Source: Ramazzottius varieornatus (lineage: Eukaryota > Animalia > Tardigrada). Taken from it: a stretch of DNA of 64,000 nucleotides. Shown here in pieces: positions 44,042 through 56,756 of the stretch (position 1 is its first letter; every line of letters begins with the position of its first letter). Made by a program: the position numbers and the translations under genes. The notes under the pieces were generated by a model, which was not told where the DNA came from, made no database searches, and saw nothing but the letters and a program-made list of their open reading frames with translations. Where the stretch lies: contig BDGG01000004.1 in NCBI GenBank assembly GCA_001949185.1, positions 273,620-337,619 of the forward strand. Reading direction: 5' to 3'.

Positions 44042-45669
44042 CTACACGGAAAGGAGAATGCTTTACTCGGTAAAGTACATTATGTGAACAAAAAAATTGG
44101 CTACACGTCAATATTTAATGTTTAAGACCTACGAGAACGAATCTTTAATTTATGCACGCTCGACGGAATCTGATCTGATAAAACCATGTAAACCTACAGC
44201 CTGGGAAAAAATCTTGCTGTCGTCGACCTCAGATTCCCCATAGGAAACGAGATGCAAACGAGAAAGGGAAGAAAAAGAGGAATGACTCAGCCCCTACGCC
44301 CCCATCCTGACCTTTAGCCTAGGGCATAGGCTCAGGGTTAAACATGAGTTAATCTCGAGCTATCGAGCAAGGGACCGCTAGATATTACTGAAAGTCCATA
44401 GATTTTCAAACTTACTGTCGATGGAGTTACTGCGGTAACCATGGAGTGGTGAGAGAGAGCGAGACTGGTGATGTTTGTCCTTCCGGATGCAGGGACCCCC
44501 GAACTTCTCATCGACGTCCAGCAGTTTTTTGTTGGGTGAGGGTCGTCGGGAAGGCATTATAGCAATTTTGGAAGTAGAAGAAAACCAGTTTGAGCAAGGT
44601 AATGAACAGGTGGCTATGCTAATGGCAGCGAAAATAAGCAAGCTCGCTGCAACTTCGGACGTAGAACTCGTGGCCGAACTGCCTTATGAGCGATTGGGTG
44701 ATTTTATCTGCTAACGGAATCGAGTGCAAACTCTGCCAAGGTCCGAAGCCAGCCTCTAAACCCAAGCTTGATCACAATCGATCTTAATTTTGTCTCGACA
44801 TCTCCGAGAATTTAGATCCGATCGGTAAAAGCGGACTGTTTCCTCGCGCTGTACAGTATAGGCAAAGCTGAATTATGCTAGCTACCGGATAACAAGCTGG
44901 GGTGGTTCTATTATAGCCACTGTAAAGCCAGCGCCTATTCAGTTGATAGTCCCCCAGCTGTACAGCACGGTGATATAAAAACATCGAACAACGGTCCGAC
45001 CGCTGATTAGAGTACAGGTAGAAAAACGCCAACCCACTCGTAGACGCGCACAGCTGAGTGGGAGTATGTCAAGTACGCGTGTGCTTGTCCTGCCCTACTA
45101 TGAGCTCAGGATTCACCACGCACCGCGGTACAGGAGATGGGAGGCGACACGCACACTTCCGAACGAAGCCCCAGTGTTTCTGAACCAATCGAAACCTTGT
45201 GTTTCCTCGTTGCGACAAAGCCTTGTGAGAAGTTCCATAAATCTGATGCCATTTCAACCGTTCGAGCAATCAACCTCCCAGACTAGTACTGAATAAGCAC
45301 TGGTAAAGCACTAAAAGCCCAACGCATATTGAATCATAAAAACCGCCACCTAAGTTAGGCTCCTTATCGTGGTCTGGAAAAGTTGTGAATGAATTTCAAT
45401 ATGGCGTCCACGCGTGCGTTCAAGTAAGCGCACACAACCGACTTGACCTAGTCGAGAACTAAAACTTACAGTATTTTATTTACATCTGCTTCCGTACGCG
45501 GTATCAACAAAACAAAAGGCTATCAGCTCTCAACATCCGGAAGTGAGATAACGAACGACGTAGCAAAGCAGTAATCGGTAATGTAAGATAAAACGAGCCG
45601 AGAAAGAATTTGCGTTCTTCGCCACAAGGTTATGTCCGTCAAAACAAACAAGCAGTGACGTCAGAAGAC

Positions 45670-48600
45670 TCAAACGTCCAAATGGACCACAAATGTTACG
45701 GGTTCCCGTATTTTGCACATCGTCAAGGAACCAGCGTCGAACTCACAAGGAAGTAGTGTAATGTTGTACGTTCCTCCGTATGGTATCTGCAATTGTTCGG
45801 TTGAATGTCGCATTCGCAGATACTGAGTTGGGTTACATTGACGTGGGTCTACCTGATTAGCTCTCACTGATCGGAACCTCCACAATTGCTGCGGATTGGC
45901 GTTGTTCTCTTGGGTTTTCAACAGTTGCAGCTCAAATGCGGTCGTCGGTGAAGATGTCAGGACTACTTTAGCCAGGGGTGAGCCTATAATATACAAAGTT
46001 GCTTAACCTATCACGTTGCAGTGTCGAGAACACAACATTACACAAATGCCCGAAAAGTGTACACTTTACCTGTTCGGCTTTTCGCGGAGTCCAGCAAGTA
46101 CTTTCCACGGAACTTCGGTTTCGTTTTGAACCGGACATTCATGTGGTGACCGTCGTCCACCACCCTTGACTGAATTACCTTTAGTTCCGCTGCGAGAAAA
46201 ACAAACACGCTCTTACAATTCCTGTTAGACAGACTGGTTATCAAAGCACAATTAGGACGTTACCTGGAAAGGGTAAGTTGTCGTAAGATGTGTCCGGTGC
46301 TGCGACGGGCGGTAACGTGGTTCTCCTACCGTAGTTTCTCGGCGGAAGCTTGGGGGCGCCAGTGGTCGTCAGGGTTTGCTGTGCAGTCTTTGCCGATTGC
46401 AGGTGGATGACTGTGCGAGGGCTGACCGGTCCACTTAGTTCGAATGAGTTCTCAGGTTTGACGAAACGAGGAAGTACGGGGATGGAGCTGAGGTCCGGTG
46501 ACCAGGTGAGAACATTATCGTAGGATATCACGATGTCCAGGACTGTTGACTGGTCGTAGTGCTTCCAAGGAGTGCCAACCGCGTTGGTGAAGTAGGCGTT
46601 AGTGACGTAGAGCGGAAGTTGGATGGTAACTTCCCGTTTGGATGATGTTTGAGCCTGCAGAAAAGCGAAGACTTGGTGTATCGCATCCACATTGGTCACG
46701 TTTTTCTATCATTATTCCCTGTGGCGGATTAACTGGGAAGCGGACTGATGTTCCGTCACTTAGTCAGAACATTCAAGTGACGGAACATCTTGATCATATC
46801 CCACCTTTGCGTTAGCGACGAGTTTTCCGCCACAAACGTTCAAGATTTCCGTCATGGAGTAAACTGCTTCGAACATCCACTGACAGTTCTTCAGGTCGAG
46901 GTGGCGGTAGAATTCTTGAGTTTTGGGTCCTCGAAGGATCTCCAATGGATGGCGACTGTCTGGTTGTCTGTCGGCTTTCAGCTTCAAGAAGCCGCTCCTT
47001 GTTGATCGAAGCTCTTGCTCGGTAAGCATGTTCGAACACAAATGTTCCGCTGTTCTCGTTCCTTCTCCACCCAACGTCAGATGGAGATCCGTGATGGCCG
47101 CAGTCGAAACCAACGGGACCATACCGAGACGATGAGGAATCTTCACGGTAATTTTCACGTCACCATTTTCTGTGGAAACCATGTTTATTAGAATCCGAGA
47201 TTACTGCACAGTAACTGTCGATCATATGTCAGACGGGGAAAAGTTTCTTACTCATATTGGAGATGGAAGCCTCAAAAGGGTCAATGGTGACAGAGCTTGC
47301 CGGACCTTTGGACGGACATTGTGGTTTCATGCTGACAGACGTCACAATTTCGCTAATGCTTTCATATCCGCCCAAACCGGCGACGGTGACTGCTCGAGCG
47401 GAACACTGGATGATGCTGCCGTTAGAGAAGTAAATGCTGTCCAGGACCTTCTCGTAGATGCTGGCGAACCATGCTGTGCTCCGGATGTGTTGGAGTGGCT
47501 CCAGGACCTGCGAGTCATCTTGCAGCTGGGAAATCTTCCAACTGTAGGCGGTGCGTGTGTCGTCGATGCCTTCGATCTCGCAGACGCGTCGAGTCCTTTG
47601 ATAGTCCGGATGACGAGGGTTACATGTCTGCAGAAACAAGATGACAGCCTTTTTTACGGAAAAAATATCCGGGTGAGAATTTCGCTCTTACCGTTATACA
47701 GATCACAGGTTGTCCAATGGCGACCCATCCACCAGCAGCCGGGCTGTCGTAGTTGGCCAAGTTCTGCAAATACCGCAAAATGATTTACTGTTAAATAGCT
47801 AGATACAGACGCACCGGACATTGGTGAATGAAGGCTTACCACAACGATCGGAGCGCCGGGGAACCGAACGTTTTCTCCAGATTGCTCTCTGATAGTCACG
47901 ATCGTCATCGAGGTCTTCAAGTCGGCCACAGTGTGACGCAAGGCGTAAATTTGTATTGTGAAGTTCTCGTTGGGTTCCCTGCTTTCGTCAAAAACTACGC
48001 GCACCTGTAGGACTTCCTGGCTGCGGTTCGGCTCAAAATTCACAACTAAAACATCATAAATCGATGTTAACGTATAGTAACTTGGATGCATGACTTTCGT
48101 TGCTTTTTTAATGCAGAAAGTTTACGAGGTAAAGGGATGTCAAATCACCACGACGATTTTTTACGATAATTTCCACCTACTGGTGTCAACAGCTTCAAAG
48201 TCTTGCCCAGCTTTGGCACTGCCGTCCTTGGTGATGACTCTCACAGTATCACTTTTGCTGATGTCTCCATATCGAATGATCGGTATCGATACCCAGTGCA
48301 TGTGATGAAGGCTGGAAGGTTCCGTGATGTCGTACTGGGCCTTTGCGAACGAGATAGTTGATGCGGATCTTGCCCGCTCTCCAGTCGTCGAGCCCTGCTT
48401 CATGATGACGCCACCGCGGACGATGGGGATCCGTCGTTCAGGTGTGGTCCTTCCATTTGGTGCAGTATCGATCATACCATCCTTCCAGTCTTCTACTTTC
48501 TGCTTCTTCAGTATCCGTTCTCGTTCATCGCGGTAGAACGGTCCGTACGAACTCTTCCGGCTTGGCACATCCGCTGCGAAGATCTCGTCCGGAGATGGCT

Positions 48601-51600
48601 CGTCGCGCTCGACGGAGGTGAAGTCAATCTTGTCCAGAGCGATTTTATTCTTGTCGCAGTTGATACACTCGTAGCGAGTTTCGGAACCAGGCAGAAGAGA
48701 AGGCTCAACAGGTGTATCGTACTTGCTGAGAAGAAAGATTTCGTTCTCTTCGGTCTCAGGCGTTTGCGGTTCTGTAATATCGGTATAAAATAATATGAAG
48801 TTTTATTATATGCGCGAAGAAAATTGTTAAAACAAAGCCGGTAGACAATGTATTACCTCCTCCAAGCGTAGACACAACGGTGAAGTTCATGGATTTCTTC
48901 ACGTGGACTGTAGCAAAATTTGGTTGTAGTATCTTGCAGTACTGTGAATTGTTCAGGTAGACCTTGAACATGTCGTTCGTGACGTTAAAATCTCCCAGTC
49001 GTTTCAAGGTGGTCGTTTGGCTGGATTCTCCAGGGCCAAAGTAGACGACGTCCACTCGTTTTCTTTGCTCGGAGATAATGTCCACTTCGGACGGTTGGCT
49101 GAGGTCACCACCTTTCCTCTCCACCTGTATTTCAACGAACGGGTCGAAAACGGAAGTTGAATATTCTCCTTTGGCAAAACTGACCGACGGTTCTGCAAAA
49201 TTGCACTCTTTCAACTTGCGGTTAGTTCTGTTTAAAAGCGAAGCTTCACTTACCGTCTTGGGGGTCCCTTTGGATGACGATTTCCGTTTGCTGGTACACA
49301 CCAACTCGCGAACCCGAGCCCAACGTCCGTATATTCACATAGAAGGTTTCATCGTTCTCCGCAAGACCATCGTTGACGATGATGATTGGGCATATCTTGG
49401 TCGTCTCATGCGGGCCGAACGTCACCATGCTAGAATGGATATTCAGCCTTGTTCCGAAGTCCGGTCGGAAGATCTGCTGCTGGTGCGAAATGGTCCCACT
49501 GGCAGTGCCATCTGTGGTGTAGCAGATGACGGAGACACTCTGCGACAAGTCTTTGCCGGAGCGCTTGAGCGTCAGGTTGAAGACGCCGACGTCTTCGGAC
49601 ACGGTGTACAGTGGGTGTGGAATGTAGACCATGGCGCCGTCGTCTTGATCGGAGATGGTGATGGTAGTGACGAATGGTTTCTCCACATTGGCGAACTGGG
49701 GCTCCTCGAGAAGCAGCTGAAAGTACTCACGGTCTTCGAACAGGTCGTCTTTCAGGATGCGGATTTCGACAGAAGTTTCATTCTGGCCTGGTTGGAACTC
49801 GGCTTGGAGAGCAAAGTTCTCTTTATAGTCACGACCCGTAACTGTGGTGAGATCACGTGCCTTCACAGCAACGAAGTCCCGATCTACAAACCAAAAACTC
49901 GAAATTTAGTAGGAGAATAGAAGAGAATACAAGAACTAAGGACTGAAAATAGGAAAAGTAGCATTCAGCAGTGGAGCGACGGTGAAAAAATGTCTTGAAA
50001 CATGTTTTTTGTACACCTGCTGCAAGACAGTAAATTGAATCCAGCTAAAGAGTATCTGAATATTTAGACTGCTAACACTTAAGAACCGTCATACATTTTT
50101 AGAATTGTATTCGAAACCCGTTTTCAGACTTTTAGATCTTAATTTGCTTACTTTTCAAATTTCCCCGTCGTCGAAGGCCAACTCTCACCAAGCCAGTCAT
50201 CTCATTCGTCTCATGGCGATCTTTCAGGAACGATATCCATGACCAGCTTATACTCCCTTCGATCACTTGCGACTTCTTTCCCAGCTCGTTTATAGCTCGG
50301 AACTTGAACGAGTCTTCCGTGGCGAACTCTTTGTCCAGATCCAATGCATAGGCTATAGCCGAATTGTTCACCAACTCCTCCGTAAAGACACGGATGTGCC
50401 GTTCTGCCTTGTGTAGGTCCACGAAGTGTCCATACTTTGGCTGCTCGACCACTTCGAATAAGAGTTCTTTCTCCGTCGACAGCTTATCCCGCTTCACAGT
50501 AAGGATACTGGACGACAGTTTCGCACCCAGATGCTTGTTCGGCAGAAGGACCAGGGCACTGTTCGGCGAGTTGAAGGTGATGTTCGGCATTTGATCTCGC
50601 ACAACCGGCTCCTCGGCTGTTTTGAAGTTGATGATGTGATTCCTTGTTGCGTTAAACAGAACAGTTTCTTGCGGTGTACCGACGAGCTCGAATGGGGCAG
50701 TGATATACTCCGTCAAGCCATAGTGTGGTGCGTCTTCCGAAGGTCCGTTGTCTGTATTATGCACCACCACGAAGATTTCTCTCTCCACACTGTTGACTCC
50801 GTCACTCACGATGACAGTGAAGTTATCAGAAAACGTCCGAGTGCCGTCGTGGTGGTAAAAAATGCGGTCGGGGAGAAGCAGATCATCCATGGTGAAATTG
50901 CGTACTGGACGGAAGGGTGGCTCGATCAGGATCTCGTTCGGATCGAAGTCGGTGAAGCGTCCAATGATGACGCCATGTTGGGGAAAGCGTGTGATGTTGA
51001 TCGTGGTGGTCGATGGAGGACTGTCGGCGTCCGAGATGGAAACGAAGGCGCCCAGGAGAACTTTCTCACCGGAGGATACTTGAAGATGGTTGGCGTTGAA
51101 GAGAGGTGGTTCATCGTTGGCGGGTTGAATGGTAACCGGAAGTTCCACCCAAGCTCCTGCGCAGTTGAGTCGAATCGAGTCTGACCGTGGCTCCACCTGT
51201 AACAAATTATATTTTAGCTTGTAGCAGGAAAATAGTGGACTCGGTTTTCATTGACAGCGAACACATAGTGATGGACAATTCTGAGCAACATCTTGACATT
51301 CAAAAAGAATTTTGAGAATTATTTATCCAATAGTGTAACGTTAAGAGTTTCGCGGATAACTTAATTACACCATAGGGAATGCGCAGTACTGTGGACACAA
51401 CGTCTAGTCAAAATTTGAAACCTGATAGATGGCGCTGGACACATTGTATGCACCGCAAATGCTAAGGGAACACCGCTTACCGCTTTGAAATGGCTCTGGT
51501 GGTATCGAATTCGATGCTCCAGTAATTCATAATTCGAGAATCTTGCTGTCGAGGTGTTGCGAGCAGTATCGATCAGATGGCCATGAGAAGGTTGGTTGAC

Positions 51601-54600
51601 CAGTGAACAGTTTACTCGTTGGTAAGGTGGCGCCACGATCACCAGATGCTCTTCGCTGAGAAGGGCGCTTTGACCTTCGCCGACCACGAACGGTTTCCCC
51701 ACCGACGTCAGCGGATTCTCAGGAACCAGCAAAATCTGGATCTCCAAGTGGTCGATGATCTTATCGTTCATCACCCATTCCGAAGTCGGTGAATCGATCC
51801 GGAAGGACACTTCATCGTCGAAGAGGGCGTTCTGTGCTGCTTCGATTTCTGTATCGGTCTCTGCTTTGTAGAATACGTTTCCGTCTTGGATGTCTTTCCA
51901 GGTGAAGGAGAAAGTGTGGTTATGGTAAAGGAAGATAGAACCGGACTGCGGCGACTTCTCAACGTGGAAGATCAGATCTGGGGAAGGTGGACTTTGCGAA
52001 TTTGTGGAGCCGATGAAGGTGTGCGCTGTGAGGTAGTATGGGGTGTTTCGTTTGACTTGAAGGACGAGGCCAAGTTTGGTCAAGCCGAGTTTTCGTGGAG
52101 GCTTCGTGGAAGGTTGAGGGATGATTCGGATGTGGAGTTTGGCTTCGACGGGTTCTTTGGAGGACTTTTCGGACAGCGAGAAGGTCACGTGGTCTTCAAG
52201 GGAGGTTCTTTGGTTGGTCGTGTTGTTGTGACGATAGCTGACGTGGCCATTGGAAATTTGTGTTGCCGGGAAGTGGTCGTGTAGTGCAAGCGTCTGGTTT
52301 TGTAGCGACAAAGTGCCTCGCTGGGGAGTACGTTCGAGCCGGAGCGTGATGGCAGCCAAGGGTTGATCGGAAGGTGAGATGAGGAGGTAATCTTCGTTGA
52401 TGATTGCTGTCTCTCCTTCTTTGACAATCACCGGTCGAGTCAGCACTGCGGGCGGCTGTTGACTGAAACGTCGAGACTTCGGGCGGATTTCTTGCAGGTT
52501 GCTGTGGGGAGCAAAATCGGAATGGGGATGGATGGAGATTTGGAGAACTTGCTCCTTCAGAACGTTGCCTGTGTCAGAAACGGACAATCATCTGGAAATG
52601 CTCAACCATAGAAAAACAACAAAGCAGATGCAAGCCATCGTGGAAAGGATTGCAAAAAAATTAAATCATGATTACTATGATGGATATTCAGTGCGAATTT
52701 TTACAGCACAGGTCAGACGCTGAATTTTTGTTTCGTTTTGGTTGCTTTCTCCTCCATAGTTTTTTCGGGTTGATAGATTATTAATTTTGGAAGTCAGAAG
52801 ATGTTATACTTGTCCATCTTACCTAATTTGTCGCGGACGTCAAATACTATTTTATCTTTGGTGTCTTCGAGGACGTTGTCGGCTTGGTAAGCGATATCGC
52901 CGTAAGCCAATGCCGATTGTGGGAATTGTTCTGGAATTTGTCGTTCGATCAGATTGACATCGTACGCGTCATCGGAGCCAGCTTGTGCTGCTGGCCAATT
53001 TCTCCCGCCGAACAGTGACGTCCAAATCAGGCGGCCAAATTGCGGTCCAGTGCGGACAATGAGGCTGAGATCCCTGTCACTGGTATGGTCATCGACAAAG
53101 TGAAGGATCCCGTTACCGATAATGGCCACTTGTGAAGCGTTCACATGCAGCCGCATCGACGCAGCCGATGATAAATGCGGAGGCAAAGTGTCCAACGGGA
53201 TTACCGTAATGGTCAGCGTCTGCAAATGAGGCGACAAATTTGGCACTGGCGCATTGTTGTCTTCCAGCATGAATTGGATTGTGTGCCATGTTGTCCTTCC
53301 ATTTGAATGCGCATCGTCGTGCTGGTAAAATAAGCGACCGGCATTAATGTCGCTTTGCGTCCATTCTGTCACTATTACCGCGTTTGACATGACTAATGTT
53401 TCGTCCGCCAAAAGAAATCGACCAAAAGTCAGGGATGACTTTACGACGAACCTACAATTAACAATAAGATCATCACAGGGAAGCTGTCGTATAAGTACAT
53501 CGCCCATATGGCCAAACTCGAGGAAATACCGTGCAAAACCCGTAGACAAGATGACATCGAATCGTATCGAATGGCAGTACTGCATTAAATCTTCATGTTT
53601 TTACCGTGTAAGGGAGCTTTCGGAATCGCGGTCTTTGGCTTTGAGTATTTTGCTGGTAATGTTGACGATTTGCTTGTTGGAGTGGACGAGGATGCCGGTG
53701 TTGGTTAGAAGTACGGGTGGCTGGTCATCGACTGGTCGGATAGTGATGGGCAGGAGAAAGTCCACTTGATGCTGTCCATCATCCATTTGCAGCACCATAC
53801 CGTCAAGTAAACTATCCGATCCATCATGTTGATAGCGAAGTGCTCCTGTCTGCAGATCGCCAGGTACAAACTGCTTCACACTGTCACCTCTCAACAACAA
53901 TCTCCCGTGTGCCAATCCGCTGACCACTCGAAGACCCACTTCATCCAAATTATCCTCATCACCTACCGCCAGATTCTTCGTATCCCACAAAGTCGCCGCT
54001 TCGCCCTCGTACAGCGTCAGACCTATGTAATAAATCCAACCACCGTATCAACATTCTGTGAAAATAGGATAGAAAAATGTCCGACTTTTCCCAGTCTTGA
54101 CGGATAAAACGAGCAATGGTACGACAATAGCCAACTGATAAATTCCCTACGCTCAGATAAACCAAGAACTGAAAAATGACGTTTTCGTGGTATGTTGACT
54201 TGGTGTTTTATTACAGAGCACTTTTTGAGAATAATAATACTTAGAATATCTTTTCGAAAGGATAATGAGACTGAGCATAGTACATACCGGTATTGATGAC
54301 GACAAATGGGGCATAATAGCTGGTTGGGTGAATGACAACCATTAGCGGGACCGGTTGCGAAGTGAGCTCTTGCGGGTCGGCAATCTCCAGGACAATCTCC
54401 AATAAACGGTCAGTTTGAGTGTTTGCCACCGGTGGTCGGAAGGCAATCTTGCCGGTATCCACGTCCTTCTGGGTAAACGAGTCGATCGGGTGGATGGGAT
54501 CATCAAGACGAATGAGGAAGCCGTCGCTAAGTTCTGGCGCTTGCGTCACCTGAATGCGCAACTGACCGCTGGAAGCTCCATCAACGTCCTTGGCTAACAA

Positions 54601-55491
54601 GACCTCCCGCGTAATACTCCGAATGACGAAATTACTGACATCCAGCAACAACGTAGCGCTGAAATCAATCTCGGGTGGCGCGTTCGCGTCAGCGTGCTCG
54701 ATTTGCACCGGCATTTGAAAGTACTCTGATTGCCAGACGGAAACATTCTTCGCGTCTTCGAGATCACTCCCCAGAAAGTAGTTGATTTTGAAAAGTAAAA
54801 GATCAGAACTGGAGAAAACTTCAGCGGTCAATTCGTAGCGCAGCTCCCCATTGAAAAATTCCTGGCAGTTGAATTTAGCATTGTTCGACAAGCCAACACC
54901 ATTCTTTGTTATTTTGCCGTATAATGGAAAGAACTTATGCTCGACAACCTCGACAGTACAGAAATCTAAAGAAAAGTCTTCGTCATGCAACAGTATAACT
55001 TTACGGACAATGGGCAGCGATTTGCTCTCGGTGGATTTTTCACTGATTCGTAACGGCAAACCTTTCCGTACAAAAGTGTTTTCATTCCGATCGCCGATCT
55101 TCAGAATCAAGAACAGGGTGTAGTCGATGAAGTCCGTGGCTGTAAAGTATTCCAAGCGGAACTTGACGATATCTTCGCTGGGACTTTCGAAGCCCAGATG
55201 GGAATAGGTGACGTTGTTCGAGGTACATGGGAAAGTTCCAGAAGAAATTAAGCCAACTTTAGCGTAGATGGTCTCCTTATCCAAGACACGAATTTGACAG
55301 CGATCATTCCGGATGGTTTCATTGGAATTTGCCGAGACATTGACATGGCGAAGAATATCACTGAAATCCAGCTTGACAGATTTCCCGAAAGGAACATCGA
55401 GCGTCATAGTGAGATTCGAATAGTGAGGCAGGGTCGAAACGGGTAAGATATTCCATGTTAAAAACAACCACAAAATATTCCAAAAATCCAT
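45670..55491 (-). CDS. FRAS1/FREM (ECM3)-like extracellular matrix protein: N-terminal domain, CSPG (NG2) repeats, Calx-beta repeats, C-terminal region; many exons
   Basis: Signal MDFWNILWLFLTWNILP. CSPG repeats (FTQKDVDTGKIAF, LRYQHDGSDSLLDG, PVDDQPP, FYHHDGTRTFSDNF). Calx-beta motifs (FQPGQNETSVEIRILKDDLFEDREYF, NDGLAENDETF). FREM-like C-terminal block (CQWMFEAVYSMTEILNVCGG, HMNVRFKTKPKFRG, QQLWRF). AATAAA about 190 nt after the stop. Confidence 0.87.
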
Positions 55492-56756
55492 TTCGGATAT
55501 GGGAGAATGGATAGTAGTTTTTTCTGACAATGGGAAACACTGAGCAAATAAACTCCGACAGTCTGACAAAGACGTAGAGTCAATCAGGTCGACTGCATTA
55601 TCACATTATGGTCAGTGCATGGATGGCAAAGAGAAGGAAGGAGTCATAAAGGCATGGATCAAGTGTTGCTTATCAGAGCTTTCCCTTGGTCAAGAAAGAA
55701 CTGAAGAAAGGGGCCTCAACACCTTCTAATTCATTTGTCCGTAAGAGAAAAGAGCTCGAGTAGTCAGGAGAGAAATGCCGTAGTTAAAGGAGGAGAACGG
55801 TTCAAAATACCGTATCCACCCATCGTTTGCCCACCGTCCAGTCTGCCTCTGACTTCTCATTCCTTTCCCTGTTAGGCAAATACTTCATGCATGGCAAATA
55901 CTCCATGTATGTATAGGTTTCAGTTCAGAGGCAATAATATTTCATGTGGTATGAGGAAGGTACATAATGCGGAACGCCCTCTGTTGTCAAGAGTTTTTGG
56001 GCGTATTTTGAGAAATGACAACTGCTTGCTACATTCGATAGTGATGGACTGTGGCGATGCCGAAAACGATATCTTGGCGCAGTTAAGAGAGCGATGAGAA
56101 ACTGAAAGAGAGAAAAAAGGTATCGAAAGCATTTATAGCAGTGAAGTGGTAGTTTTTGAAGTTTACTGTTTGATGGCGTTTCTTTCTAATCAAATATTTT
56201 GACACCAGCTTAAACATTCTTTTCTCACCGCGCAAGCGCGATACAGACAACGTACAAAAACTTTTGCAATAGATATTCATGAAAAATTATGATATTTAGA
56301 TGGTATACCGTACTTTAACCGGAACATAACCTCCAAACACATATCTCACGTTCAAGGATACAATAGATCGACCGATTTGGCTCCAGCGACATTGAAATTG
56401 GGTGCCGTAATTTGGCCATGGGCTTTATGACTTCATGCAGATAATTAGGGAGTTTCTCGATTTTGTGAAGATCACCATTGTGAAGTTTTCTAACTTGTAT
56501 AATGGTTGGATGTGCTGTGATGCTTGATCAGCATACTTCGTACCAGCTTGCTCAATGCATCAGGCCGACTGACCGAAAACATCTTATTGTGGGCGAGTGA
56601 AAGAGTGATCTGAATACCTCGGCGTTATAGTCATAATCATCTTCACCCTACTAGCACAGACATAAACTTGGTACTTCAAGTATGGAGAATTCACAGTATT
56701 TTCTTCTGTAGTGCGTGGCCTTGGATTTCCGTTGTCGTCCAAAACATCGCACTACA

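Noticed and set aside
49078-52284. Long plus-strand ORFs (280, 217 and 132 aa)
   Set aside because: Antisense shadows of FREM-like exons with no independent motifs.
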